A stretch of DNA of 64,000 nucleotides, from positions 23,188,001 to 23,252,000 of the forward strand of contig CM106586.1 of assembly GCA_048013815.1 (NCBI GenBank), read 5' to 3'. This document shows positions 25,069 through 34,989 of the stretch, one piece after another. How positions within the stretch are numbered: position 1 is the stretch's first letter; every line of letters begins with the position of its first letter. The DNA is from Setoptus koraiensis. Lineage: Eukaryota > Animalia > Arthropoda. Below the pieces are notes generated by a model. That model saw nothing but the letters and a program-made list of their open reading frames with translations, was not told the DNA's origin and ran no database searches. The position numbers and the translations under genes are program-made.

Positions 25069-27702
25069 ATGGTTCTTCAACAGGTTTTTGATGATAAAAA
25101 ATTCACCGGGATTCGTCTGCCCACAACGTGCAGACCCATTACTTACTCGTTGACTTTGGAGCCGGATCTGAGAGCTTTCACCTTCAGAGGAGAGGTACGA
25201 ATCGATGTAGAAGTGACCAAAGAATTAGATCAGATCGTTTTAAACGCTGTCGATCTCAACTTCCAAAGCGCCTCTTATGTAGCCGATGGCGAAACATTCG
25301 AGGTCAGCCGTGTAATATTAAGCAAGCAAACCGAGACAGCTATTTTGACATTCGACATACCACTCAAGCCAGGCGTTGGCAAACTTAATATAATATTTGA
25401 TGGGACACTTAACGACAAAATGAATGGCTTTTATCGAAGTAAATACGTCGCCTGGAACGGTGAAGAAAGATATGCAGCCGTTACTCAATTCGAACCAACA
25501 GATGCAAGGCGTGCTTTTCCATGTTGGGACGAGCCGGCCTTCAAAGCTAAATTTAACATAGTTCTCGTTGTCGACGATCAACTTACTGCATTGTCAAACA
25601 TGTTTACTAGTCAAGAGCATACACAACCCAAAAGCGGTAAAAAAACAGTTACATTCGGCACAACTCCAATCATGTCAACTTACTTGGTTGCGTGTGTTGT
25701 AGGAGAGTTTGATCAACTCGAGGAGCTCTGCCAGAATAGAGCCATTCGAGTCTTCACACGTCCGGGCAAACAAGAGCTAGGACGTTTTGCTTTGGAAGTG
25801 GCTGTCAAATCTATTCTATATTACGAAGGATACTTTGGAGTGCCTTACCCATTGTCAAAATTGGATCTCGTTGCGATAGCGGATTTTAGCGCTGGTGCCA
25901 TGGAAAATTGGGGTCTAATCACATTCAGAGAAGCGCGCCTTCTCGTTGATCCGAACAACACATCTACTCAAACGAAACAGTCTGTAGCTTTGGTGGTTGC
26001 TCATGAAATCGCCCACCAGTGGTTTGGTAATCTGGTTACGATGGAATGGTGGACACATCTGTGGCTAAATGAAGGATTCGCATCTTTTATGGAATATTTA
26101 TGTGTAGACCACATATTTCCTCAGTATGATATCTGGTCTCAATTTGTTACAGATGAATACGCTAGAGCATTGGAGTTAGATGCGCTCCATAACAGTCATC
26201 CAATAGAAGTGCCTATCGACCACCCCTCGGAGATCGAAAGTATTTTCGATGATATCTCTTACAAAAAAGGATCGTCGGTAATAAGAATGCTGCATAACTA
26301 CATTTCGAATGAATGCTTTAGGTCTGGTATGAAAGACTACCTGACAAAGTTTGCATACAGTAATACTTCGACTGAACACTTGTGGGGCGCGTTGGAGGCT
26401 GCTAGCTCTAAGCCAGTCACCAAAGTGATGACTCAATGGACAAAGCAGATGGGCTTTCCATGGTTATCGGTGAACTGTAGAAACGAGGGTGTGTACACGG
26501 TTGTCAGAGTAAATCAAAGCAAATTCGCTTCTGATGGTAAAATCTCACCCGAAGAAAGCAAATTGACTTGGATGATACCGGTCGCAGTTAGCACGGGTGC
26601 TTCTCCCAGTGAGACAGCAAAAGAAGTTCTTTTGTGGGAGGCATGCGACGAAATCGCACTTGGAAATTTCGGCGACCACTGGATCAAGTTCAATCCAGGT
26701 ACCGTTGGACTGTATCGAACTTGCTATTCGAAACAAATGATCGACAAACTTTTGCCGGCGATATCCGCGAAAACTTTACCACCGTTAGACCGATTTGGTA
26801 TACTAAGCGACTATTTTGCTCTTTGTCAAGCTGGTACTGTTTCAACATTCGCACTGCTCGAATTACTAAGTGAGTTCTCCAGCGAGAATAATTACACAGT
26901 CTGGTCTTCGATCGACCGCTGTCTAAGCCGGCTCAATATACTGTTCTCCCATACTGATTTTCAGGATCTGTTCCATTGTTACGGTCGTGAATTATATTAT
27001 GGAATCTTTCATAGACTTACTTGGACGTCGTCTTCTCATGAAAAGCACACGGACGCTTTGTCTCGGGCCTTGGTCATTGGTCGTCTCGTTTCATTCGATG
27101 ATCAAAGAGTTATAACTGAAGCCAAAAAACGTTTCTTGGATCACGTCAGCGGGACCTCACTGATACCGGCTGACCTGAGGAGCGCAGTCTATAGGGCGGT
27201 TGCCGCTCACGGTGATGACGAAATGTTTGAATCCATCTTTAAAATTTATCGGCAGTCTGATCTCCAAGAGGAGAAAAATCGGGCTGCTACGGCCCTTGGC
27301 TATTCCAAGGATACAGCCCGCATAAAACGAGTAATTGAATTCGCCATGTCCGACGAAGTGAGGAATCAAGACAAGGTGTCCGTCCTCATATCTGTAGCGA
27401 TGACCACGAAAGGTCGTGATGCAGTTTGGGAACTTTTTACAAGCCGCACAGAAGATTTAAAAGAACGTTATGCTGGAGGATTTCTCATGAATCAACTGAT
27501 TAAATATTCAATTGAAAATTTCGCCAGCGAAGAAAAAGCTTTGGAAGTATTGAAATTCTTCACAGATAACAAATTCCCAGGATCAGAGCGAGTTATTCAG
27601 CAATCCGTTGAAACTATTCGCTTGAACGCGGATTGGCTCAGGAGAGACAGTGCTGCAACAAAGGCTTTCCTTTCTGATTTGCCACAAGTCTGTGATGAGT
27701 GA
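25069..27702 (+). CDS. NPEPPS: Puromycin-sensitive aminopeptidase (M1), intronless, 877 aa
   Basis: TQFEPTDARRAFPCWDEPAFKA, GAMENWGL, HEIAHQWFGN..x18..E, FDDISYKKG, ERAP1_C-type tail. Confidence 0.95.
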   Translation: MVLQQVFDDKKFTGIRLPTTCRPITYSLTLEPDLRAFTFRGEVRIDVEVTKELDQIVLNAVDLNFQSASYVADGETFEVSRVILSKQTETAILTFDIPLKPGVGKLNIIFDGTLNDKMNGFYRSKYVAWNGEERYAAVTQFEPTDARRAFPCWDEPAFKAKFNIVLVVDDQLTALSNMFTSQEHTQPKSGKKTVTFGTTPIMSTYLVACVVGEFDQLEELCQNRAIRVFTRPGKQELGRFALEVAVKSILYYEGYFGVPYPLSKLDLVAIADFSAGAMENWGLITFREARLLVDPNNTSTQTKQSVALVVAHEIAHQWFGNLVTMEWWTHLWLNEGFASFMEYLCVDHIFPQYDIWSQFVTDEYARALELDALHNSHPIEVPIDHPSEIESIFDDISYKKGSSVIRMLHNYISNECFRSGMKDYLTKFAYSNTSTEHLWGALEAASSKPVTKVMTQWTKQMGFPWLSVNCRNEGVYTVVRVNQSKFASDGKISPEESKLTWMIPVAVSTGASPSETAKEVLLWEACDEIALGNFGDHWIKFNPGTVGLYRTCYSKQMIDKLLPAISAKTLPPLDRFGILSDYFALCQAGTVSTFALLELLSEFSSENNYTVWSSIDRCLSRLNILFSHTDFQDLFHCYGRELYYGIFHRLTWTSSSHEKHTDALSRALVIGRLVSFDDQRVITEAKKRFLDHVSGTSLIPADLRSAVYRAVAAHGDDEMFESIFKIYRQSDLQEEKNRAATALGYSKDTARIKRVIEFAMSDEVRNQDKVSVLISVAMTTKGRDAVWELFTSRTEDLKERYAGGFLMNQLIKYSIENFASEEKALEVLKFFTDNKFPGSERVIQQSVETIRLNADWLRRDSAATKAFLSDLPQVCDE

Positions 27703-28729
27703 CTAGAATAGTGAATGAGACGTTGTTTGTATTTTACTATCAATTATTAGAATTCCTTCGCATGTGTCATCCACAACTCATTTGGCCACCTTTATTTGTG
27801 CTCGAGTCCATTTCTCTTGTGTAAATGCCCACAAAGCGACACAGGTCACTTACCACCCAGCATACCTATCTATTGGACCGAACAGATTAGTCTTGGTCCT
27901 GGGTGGAATTTCGAAGATGCGACACCTTTCCATTTGTTAAACTTTGATAGGGTTTTGCCTGACTTTTCCACGCACGAGTGCATAGATTGTGTGCGGCCCC
28001 TCTTGTATTTTAGAATTTCCGTAGAAATTTATTCTTCCTCTTTCTTCTGTCGGGCCGGCATTGTTACCGAAATTTGGCGAACGTGTTAGAGGGAGGCATG
28101 GTGGGAGACTTTGACTGAATAGGGAGAAATCGGGGGAAATGGGCGTGGCGGAGGGAGGTGCGTCGCACACACGTCCTGTGAATCAGCAATGATAAAACAT
28201 GACGCTCGTCCCGGCCCGATCCTTGCAAGTTGTTACAAATGCTTGTTTATTGTTGTCCGTAAGTCATGGCCGTTTTGTCCAACCAGCCACTATAATTTTA
28301 TGAGCGAGACACATTAGCCAGATCAATCTATTGAAATAACTGATCAATTTATGCTATTGACACTCGACTGGGCAAATTTGATATTTTTTATGGAGTCATA
28401 TTAACAATACTAGAAAATAGAAGGCAATTATTGGTCACACTAAAATTCCATCACTAAAATATTTGTAGTTGCAGTGCATTGAGCCAGAAATCATCCACAT
28501 TAACATATTAATCTGTTGTCATTAGTTGTGATTTTGTTATACCCCTACACACACTCATATTAACTCATGCTTGTCGATGTAATCAAATAAATACACAACA
28601 ATCATTCAATGGCACATCAACTTGGACACCACTAAACAGTTCACTCATTTGCCTCGGATGAAATATTTTTCAAAAGAAGAACACTTCTGGATCTTTTGTT
28701 GTCCCAGCGGCAATTTTTATTCCTCACTA
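27641..28729 (+). repeat. Direct repeat copy 1 (1089 bp): last 62 nt of NPEPPS CDS plus intergenic region up to the CYP start
   Basis: Matches 30329-31418 on visual comparison except tttGgcga vs tttACgcga (~28076) and cactAaaat vs cactGaaat (~28456). Confidence 0.95.
28432..28442 (+). promoter_or_regulatory. TGGTCACACTA, exact match to Drosophila core-promoter Motif 1 (YGGTCACACTR)
   Basis: Exact 11-mer ~290 bp upstream of the CYP ATG; function in this taxon is not established. Confidence 0.4.
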
Positions 28730-30255
28730 TGACATCCTTGCAGCTAGTATCCTCAGGCAGAATATTGGACATTACAAGAAGATGCCAACAGGTGGTCAAG
28801 CTTCACTCGGGCAATCTCTTAAGATGCGAAGATATACCAAAACCTAGAGGAATACCTATGATCGAGCTTATTAAAGAAGGTGGACCTGGTTATCTGCATC
28901 GTCATATTGATACGCAACATGTATTGTTGGGTCCTATATTCAGACAAAGCTTGGGCACAACTGAACTTATCTTTGTCGCGGATGCAGATATCTTCGAGCA
29001 AGTAACCCGTTACGAAGGTAAATATCCTCATCACAATGTACCACCAGCATGGGAGTTATATAATGAAATAAAAAATGTACAGCGCGGCTTATTTTTCATG
29101 CGTGGTCAAGAATGGGGCGAAACTCGTCGATTTATGAATAAAGTCTTCCTTGAACCACAAAACTTTGAACGTAGGATTCGCACACGTATACATCTTTTTA
29201 ATGACGCTATCGATGATTTATTTGCCAGATGGAATAGGCACCAAAGAGAGGATGGATCAATTTTGATTGAAGATCTGAAGAACGATCTAAATAGATGGTC
29301 AATAGAGTCTACAGGTATAATACTTTTTGATCGAAGATTAGATTGCCTCAATGACGCTAATAAGGAGTCTTTAGAACTAGTTCGTAGCGTAAATGGTGTG
29401 TTCGAAACTACTTCAACATTCCAAATTGTTCCACCAAAGCTTGCTTGGGCATTAGGATTGGGCGTTTGGAAGAAGTTCGACCGTCATATGTCCAGGTCAA
29501 TTGAATTGGCCAGCTTCTATGTAGACCGATGCACATCTCATATCACAAAGAAAGGACAATCGAAAGCATACAAAGCCTCCGGAGAACATCTGGATTCCAC
29601 GAGCATTGCAGAAGATATGATTCTACATATGAATGAGAAACAGGTCGTCCAATCTATCGTTGATTTAATCTTGGCTGCAACTGATACCACAGCAAATGCA
29701 GTACAATGGGTTTTGTATCTTTTAAGTAAAAATACCTCTCATCAAGAGAGCATTTTCTCTGAGTCAAAAACAATCACACGGGACCGCTCACTGGATCATA
29801 AGTCCTATACTGAAGCGTGTATTAAGGAAACCTTACGCTTGTATCCGATCGCTCCTTTTATCGCTAGGACTCTGGATTGTGATATAAATTTGTACAACTA
29901 CAAACTTCCCGCAGGTAAAACGATTATATATTCTCTATTCACTACAAGTCGTGATGAAAAATATTTCAGCAAAGCTCAAGAGTTTTTTCCAGAGAGATGG
30001 CTCCGTTCCTCATCTGATCCAACTATATCATGTCCAATGACTAGAAATAGATACGCGAGTTTACCTTTTGGAAAAGGAGTAAGAGCGTGCATTGGTAGGC
30101 GGATGGCGGAGTTACAAATGCGACTCCTAATATCTAGAATAGTAACAAATTTCAAGATTGAGCCGGTGATAGATGATAACATTGAGATAAAGTTGCGCAT
30201 GGTCACAACTCCTGAGAGAAGAATTGACTTGAGATTGATCCCAAGACAAATGTAG
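28729..30255 (+). CDS. sad: Mitochondrial-clan cytochrome P450 CYP315A1 (shadow, ecdysteroid C2-hydroxylase), intronless, 508 aa
   Basis: WELYNEIKNVQRGLFFMRGQEW resembles the shadow signature; IPKPRGIP hinge, I-helix LAATDTT, K-helix ETLR, PERW, heme PFGKGVRACIG. First ATG at 28729 (ORF track uses an upstream TTG). Confidence 0.88.
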   Translation: MTSLQLVSSGRILDITRRCQQVVKLHSGNLLRCEDIPKPRGIPMIELIKEGGPGYLHRHIDTQHVLLGPIFRQSLGTTELIFVADADIFEQVTRYEGKYPHHNVPPAWELYNEIKNVQRGLFFMRGQEWGETRRFMNKVFLEPQNFERRIRTRIHLFNDAIDDLFARWNRHQREDGSILIEDLKNDLNRWSIESTGIILFDRRLDCLNDANKESLELVRSVNGVFETTSTFQIVPPKLAWALGLGVWKKFDRHMSRSIELASFYVDRCTSHITKKGQSKAYKASGEHLDSTSIAEDMILHMNEKQVVQSIVDLILAATDTTANAVQWVLYLLSKNTSHQESIFSESKTITRDRSLDHKSYTEACIKETLRLYPIAPFIARTLDCDINLYNYKLPAGKTIIYSLFTTSRDEKYFSKAQEFFPERWLRSSSDPTISCPMTRNRYASLPFGKGVRACIGRRMAELQMRLLISRIVTNFKIEPVIDDNIEIKLRMVTTPERRIDLRLIPRQM

Positions 30256-30328
30256 AACGAATTGCCACGTGGTTCCACGGATGACTCCTAGACCGACTTC
30301 AAAAAGAGCTTATAATCTTCTATGTTCT

Positions 30329-31418
30329 GGAGAGACAGTGCTGCAACAAAGGCTTTCCTTTCTGATTTGCCACAAGTCTGTGATGAGTGACTAGAATAGT
30401 GAATGAGACGTTGTTTGTATTTTACTATCAATTATTAGAATTCCTTCGCATGTGTCATCCACAACTCATTTGGCCACCTTTATTTGTGCTCGAGTCCATT
30501 TCTCTTGTGTAAATGCCCACAAAGCGACACAGGTCACTTACCACCCAGCATACCTATCTATTGGACCGAACAGATTAGTCTTGGTCCTGGGTGGAATTTC
30601 GAAGATGCGACACCTTTCCATTTGTTAAACTTTGATAGGGTTTTGCCTGACTTTTCCACGCACGAGTGCATAGATTGTGTGCGGCCCCTCTTGTATTTTA
30701 GAATTTCCGTAGAAATTTATTCTTCCTCTTTCTTCTGTCGGGCCGGCATTGTTACCGAAATTTACGCGAACGTGTTAGAGGGAGGCATGGTGGGAGACTT
30801 TGACTGAATAGGGAGAAATCGGGGGAAATGGGCGTGGCGGAGGGAGGTGCGTCGCACACACGTCCTGTGAATCAGCAATGATAAAACATGACGCTCGTCC
30901 CGGCCCGATCCTTGCAAGTTGTTACAAATGCTTGTTTATTGTTGTCCGTAAGTCATGGCCGTTTTGTCCAACCAGCCACTATAATTTTATGAGCGAGACA
31001 CATTAGCCAGATCAATCTATTGAAATAACTGATCAATTTATGCTATTGACACTCGACTGGGCAAATTTGATATTTTTTATGGAGTCATATTAACAATACT
31101 AGAAAATAGAAGGCAATTATTGGTCACACTAAAATTCCATCACTGAAATATTTGTAGTTGCAGTGCATTGAGCCAGAAATCATCCACATTAACATATTAA
31201 TCTGTTGTCATTAGTTGTGATTTTGTTATACCCCTACACACACTCATATTAACTCATGCTTGTCGATGTAATCAAATAAATACACAACAATCATTCAATG
31301 GCACATCAACTTGGACACCACTAAACAGTTCACTCATTTGCCTCGGATGAAATATTTTTCAAAAGAAGAACACTTCTGGATCTTTTGTTGTCCCAGCGGC
31401 AATTTTTATTCCTCACTA
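30329..31418 (+). repeat. Direct repeat copy 2 (1090 bp), including an orphan copy of the NPEPPS C-terminal codons
   Basis: Starts ggagagacagtgctgcaac (RRDSAATKAFLSDLPQVCDE*), ends cctcacta; offset 2688/2689 from copy 1. Confidence 0.95.
31121..31131 (+). promoter_or_regulatory. Second TGGTCACACTA (Motif 1-like), within repeat copy 2
   Basis: Exact 11-mer ~400 bp upstream of the LRR gene ATG. Confidence 0.4.
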
Positions 31419-31526
31419 ATCAATATCCATCTCTTTGAATGTTCTATCAACCCATTCCGAGATTTACATGTGATTCCTAATATATCCGTCAGTAGAAGCT
31501 ATAGGAACTATTGACAATCTTACATT

Positions 31527-33437
31527 ATGAATTCTTCACATCGCTCAAGCATGACTCGGAAAGCCAGCAGTACATCCGAGGATTATTCAAACATCTATCT
31601 CAAAACGACAACAATCAGTATCATATGCATGCTCATTATAAGCTGCATTGTAAATACCGTCGGTGCTCTCTGCCCCAAACGCTGCTCCTGTGATGAAATA
31701 CAACTAGAGTTTACATGCCATGAATCGATTGGGTTGCAGGGCGTGCCCATCACATTGAATCCACAGACGAGGCGGATATTTATCAAGAATAACAACCTAA
31801 CCACATTTCACAATATAGAGATATATAGAGATTTAGAGGGTCTAGATCTGTCGCATAATAGTATTAATCAGTTGAACCTCGAGAAGCTTGAAACGAATAC
31901 TCATTTGCAATTTTTCAATGCTAGTCATAACAGCATCTCAGAAATAGTAGACACTGGTGTCAAAAGCTCGGAGCCTCAGCTTATGAAGGAAGAATACAAT
32001 ATTCCTGTATTACCCACAAAGAGGCTCGATATACGCACATTATTATTAGATCACAACTCTATAAGAGCAATCAACAACTTCTTCTTCCACAGGCTGCCAA
32101 ACATCAATCATTTAGATTTATCCTACAATAAGATTCACAACATTGAGCAATTCGCATTTATTGGAGTACGTAATCTTGAAAAACTGATTCTCAAAGGGAA
32201 TAGAATAACTCAAATTCCAACACTACCTATGTCGTATCTAGGTTACGATGTAACTCCCGCCGGTTTCTCTAGACTACAGCCCGTAAATCTTGAAATCCTA
32301 GATCTCAGCTATAATCTCATATCGATGATACGGACTGATAGTTTACAATCACTGCAAACTCTCCGAGAGCTTTATCTTGAATCATGTGGAATCAACTATA
32401 TTGAGGATGGTGCCTTTGAGGGATTGACGAGTTTGCTAGTATTGTACTTGGACAGGAACCAGCTTGACGCTGTCCCCTTAAAATCTCTCTCTCACCTAAC
32501 ACAGCTGAGAATTCTTCGACTGAGCCAAAATAAATTCACTGAGATACCACCGTTTGCCTTCTCTAATCTAGCGAACTTGGAGAGTCTACAACTAAATAAT
32601 CAATCTTTAATTACCATATCTAAGGACTCATTCTTAGGACTAAACAACCTCAAGCGACTAGAAATTTCCTCAAATAAGGATTTGTCCAATATTGATCAAG
32701 GATCATTTACCAATTTATCACATCTTGTCTATCTCAATCTTAATGCGAATGCCCTGTCTGGACTGACTGGAGACTTCATCAATTCGACAAACCTCAGGCT
32801 GCTTGATATGAGAAATAATCCGCTCAACTGTTTCTGCAATATAAAGTGGTTGGGTCATTGGTTGCGTTTGTTTGATAACAGAACAATTGAATATCAGAGC
32901 AAGTCATATCATCATCCAACATATTCACTCACAGATGAGGAAATCGAATATGCAACATGGCTCAATGACTCAGTTTTGACTCGTGACCTTGTTGACCTGA
33001 AATGCGCCAAACCAGCTGCATTAGCTGGCCAACTACTGATTGATTTACATTTAGATAAATTGGATTGTTTGGAACCAACTTCCGAGCTACATGTACAGAT
33101 AGGAATCGGCTCTCTACTGTTCATACTAATACTACTGGTAGTTGTATGCTCCATCGGGTTTTGCCTGAGGGCAAAAGATTTTTTACTTGTTGTAAAAGAT
33201 AACATATTGCATCGTCAATCCAGTCATTCGAGCGTCCCACCATTTGAACTGGACAAACCCAAAATTTTCGACAACAATAGTTCAACATTGTTTTCAATTA
33301 ATACAGATGCTCACAATATGTATGACACAAATCTATCATATGGCGAGGTCAATGAGTATAGTTCTGCGATCTACGATGAGAGGCACTACCAAGAACCCGA
33401 TCAAATTGTTTCCGGCCGGACCTATACAGATTTGTAG
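31527..33437 (+). CDS. Type I LRR transmembrane protein (tartan/capricious-like architecture), intronless, 636 aa
   Basis: Hydrophobic signal, LRRNT CPKRCSC, more than 12 LxxLxLxxN repeats, LRRCT NPLNCFCNIKWL..CAKP..LDC, TM IGIGSLLFILILLVVVCSIGFCL, Tyr-containing tail. Confidence 0.88.
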   Translation: MNSSHRSSMTRKASSTSEDYSNIYLKTTTISIICMLIISCIVNTVGALCPKRCSCDEIQLEFTCHESIGLQGVPITLNPQTRRIFIKNNNLTTFHNIEIYRDLEGLDLSHNSINQLNLEKLETNTHLQFFNASHNSISEIVDTGVKSSEPQLMKEEYNIPVLPTKRLDIRTLLLDHNSIRAINNFFFHRLPNINHLDLSYNKIHNIEQFAFIGVRNLEKLILKGNRITQIPTLPMSYLGYDVTPAGFSRLQPVNLEILDLSYNLISMIRTDSLQSLQTLRELYLESCGINYIEDGAFEGLTSLLVLYLDRNQLDAVPLKSLSHLTQLRILRLSQNKFTEIPPFAFSNLANLESLQLNNQSLITISKDSFLGLNNLKRLEISSNKDLSNIDQGSFTNLSHLVYLNLNANALSGLTGDFINSTNLRLLDMRNNPLNCFCNIKWLGHWLRLFDNRTIEYQSKSYHHPTYSLTDEEIEYATWLNDSVLTRDLVDLKCAKPAALAGQLLIDLHLDKLDCLEPTSELHVQIGIGSLLFILILLVVVCSIGFCLRAKDFLLVVKDNILHRQSSHSSVPPFELDKPKIFDNNSSTLFSINTDAHNMYDTNLSYGEVNEYSSAIYDERHYQEPDQIVSGRTYTDL

Positions 33438-34185
33438 TCGTTGTCAAGAGCTTGTCCAATACAAACAAAAGAAAACTACAAATATTACTACTTAAAATTG
33501 ATTTGTATATATTTATACATATTGATAAATTAAATCTTTTTAATGGTTATGGTCGAACCTAAATAAACGACTTCAATTATTGTAATAAATTCTCAAATCA
33601 TAGCGTTCCTCTAATATCTTGCCGCCTCCGCCCTTGCTCTGAGCGAGAAAAATACCGTAATCTCAATCGAGTGAACTTCTTCTGGGTCATTTGTGCCTAC
33701 TTACATCACCCCTAACTTCTACCCTTGAAGAGCCAATTATTATCACCGATGGATTGCATCAAAACAGTGTTGATTCACCATGAACATCGATTTACTTGTG
33801 TATTATAGTAGCTTCTGTTAGTTTCATAGAAATCTTTCACAACCATACGAGTATTCGACAGACCCGTTAATATGCAATGTTTTCGTCACGTATCAAGTTC
33901 ATTCAACGACACACATCGTGACAGAAACATAGTATTTTGAAATCATGATTTGCAATATGGATCATCACGATCCAGAATGATGACTACTTAATGAGCCTCA
34001 AGAGTTGCGATGAATGTAACAAAGTAGAATAAGCATGGGTAAATTTGCCAACACCATTCAGTTCACTTAGTCAGTGTAATACAAAAATCAATGTCACCAA
34101 AGACGCATACATATTACTTAACTTTTACTATGAATATTTCTTTCAGCTTCCCTCTGCGTACCAACCGTTATCCTTTTCGCCCAGT

Positions 34186-34193
34186 TATATAAA
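34186..34193 (+). promoter_or_regulatory. TATA box (TATATAAA) upstream of the Gly-rich secreted gene
   Basis: Canonical TATA ~140 bp before ATG 34324. Confidence 0.45.
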
Positions 34194-34323
34194 GAGAAGC
34201 AAACGGCGAATCGACATAAAAAGACCAAAAAGTCACTGAAAAGTGTGATCATTGAGATAGTGAAAAAATAGATCGAACTTGCATAAACTTTCAACCCAAA
34301 GTTATAAAGTCAATCTTAGAAGA

Positions 34324-34719
34324 ATGGTCAAGATACAAGTCAAATGTTTGGTCATGATGGCCATTCTTGCCATTATTTGTATTGAATTACTGGAAGCTTG
34401 TGGTGATGACTACTACGACGACTATTACTATGAATACGAAAACAACAACAATAACAATAATAATAATAACAACAACAACAACAATCAGAATAACTCCAAT
34501 CGAGCCAGACAAAATAATGACAGAGGAAGAGGTGGTGGAGGGAGAGGTGGCAGAGGTGGTGGAAGAGGTGGCAGAGGAGGTGGTAGAGGAGGAGGTCGTG
34601 CCAGAGGACCTGGAGGTGGACCCTGGGAAAGATCTGGAGGGGGATTCGGCGATGGATTTGGACGCTGGAAGCGTGAAGTTGAACTTCACAAACTCCCAAA
34701 TCATCCAGATTTGGAATGA
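34324..34719 (+). CDS. Small secreted Gly/Arg-rich precursor, 131 aa
   Basis: ATG 34324; signal-like MVKIQVKCLVMMAILAIICIELLEA; acidic Tyr block DDYYDDYYYEYE; poly-Asn; (RGGG)n; RWKR furin-type site; upstream TATA. Confidence 0.7.
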   Translation: MVKIQVKCLVMMAILAIICIELLEACGDDYYDDYYYEYENNNNNNNNNNNNNNNQNNSNRARQNNDRGRGGGGRGGRGGGRGGRGGGRGGGRARGPGGGPWERSGGGFGDGFGRWKREVELHKLPNHPDLE

Positions 34720-34989
34720 GTGAACAAGTGTACCCATTATAAATCCATACACATGTTAAATTAGCGATGCGGTTGGGTATTGTGAAAATTGTACGATATT
34801 ACTAGTCTTTATCCACAGTATTATTCCTCGCAGCGCTTTTTCATTACTGGCTTGCACCGAGATTGTTCATTTAAAGCGTATTATTGTTGAAAGTGATGAG
34901 AAAGAAGGATCCCGTATCTTAAAATAATGAATTTATTGAAGCGTAGGCTTTACAAAGTATGTTGGTAATAAATATATAATCCTGTTATA

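Noticed and set aside
27796-28170. ORFs inside the direct repeat (also 30484-30807)
   Set aside because: TTG/GTG starts, no motifs, and the one indel between copies changes their C-termini.
28696-28728. TTG-initiated extensions of CYP315A1 (and of PSMA2 at 52343, PHF20-like at 36126)
   Set aside because: Prokaryote-style start calls; downstream ATGs give the expected N-termini.
34367-34752. Alternative-frame and antisense ORFs over the Gly-rich gene and over Abd-B (48969-49269)
   Set aside because: Shadows of trinucleotide-repeat coding sequence.
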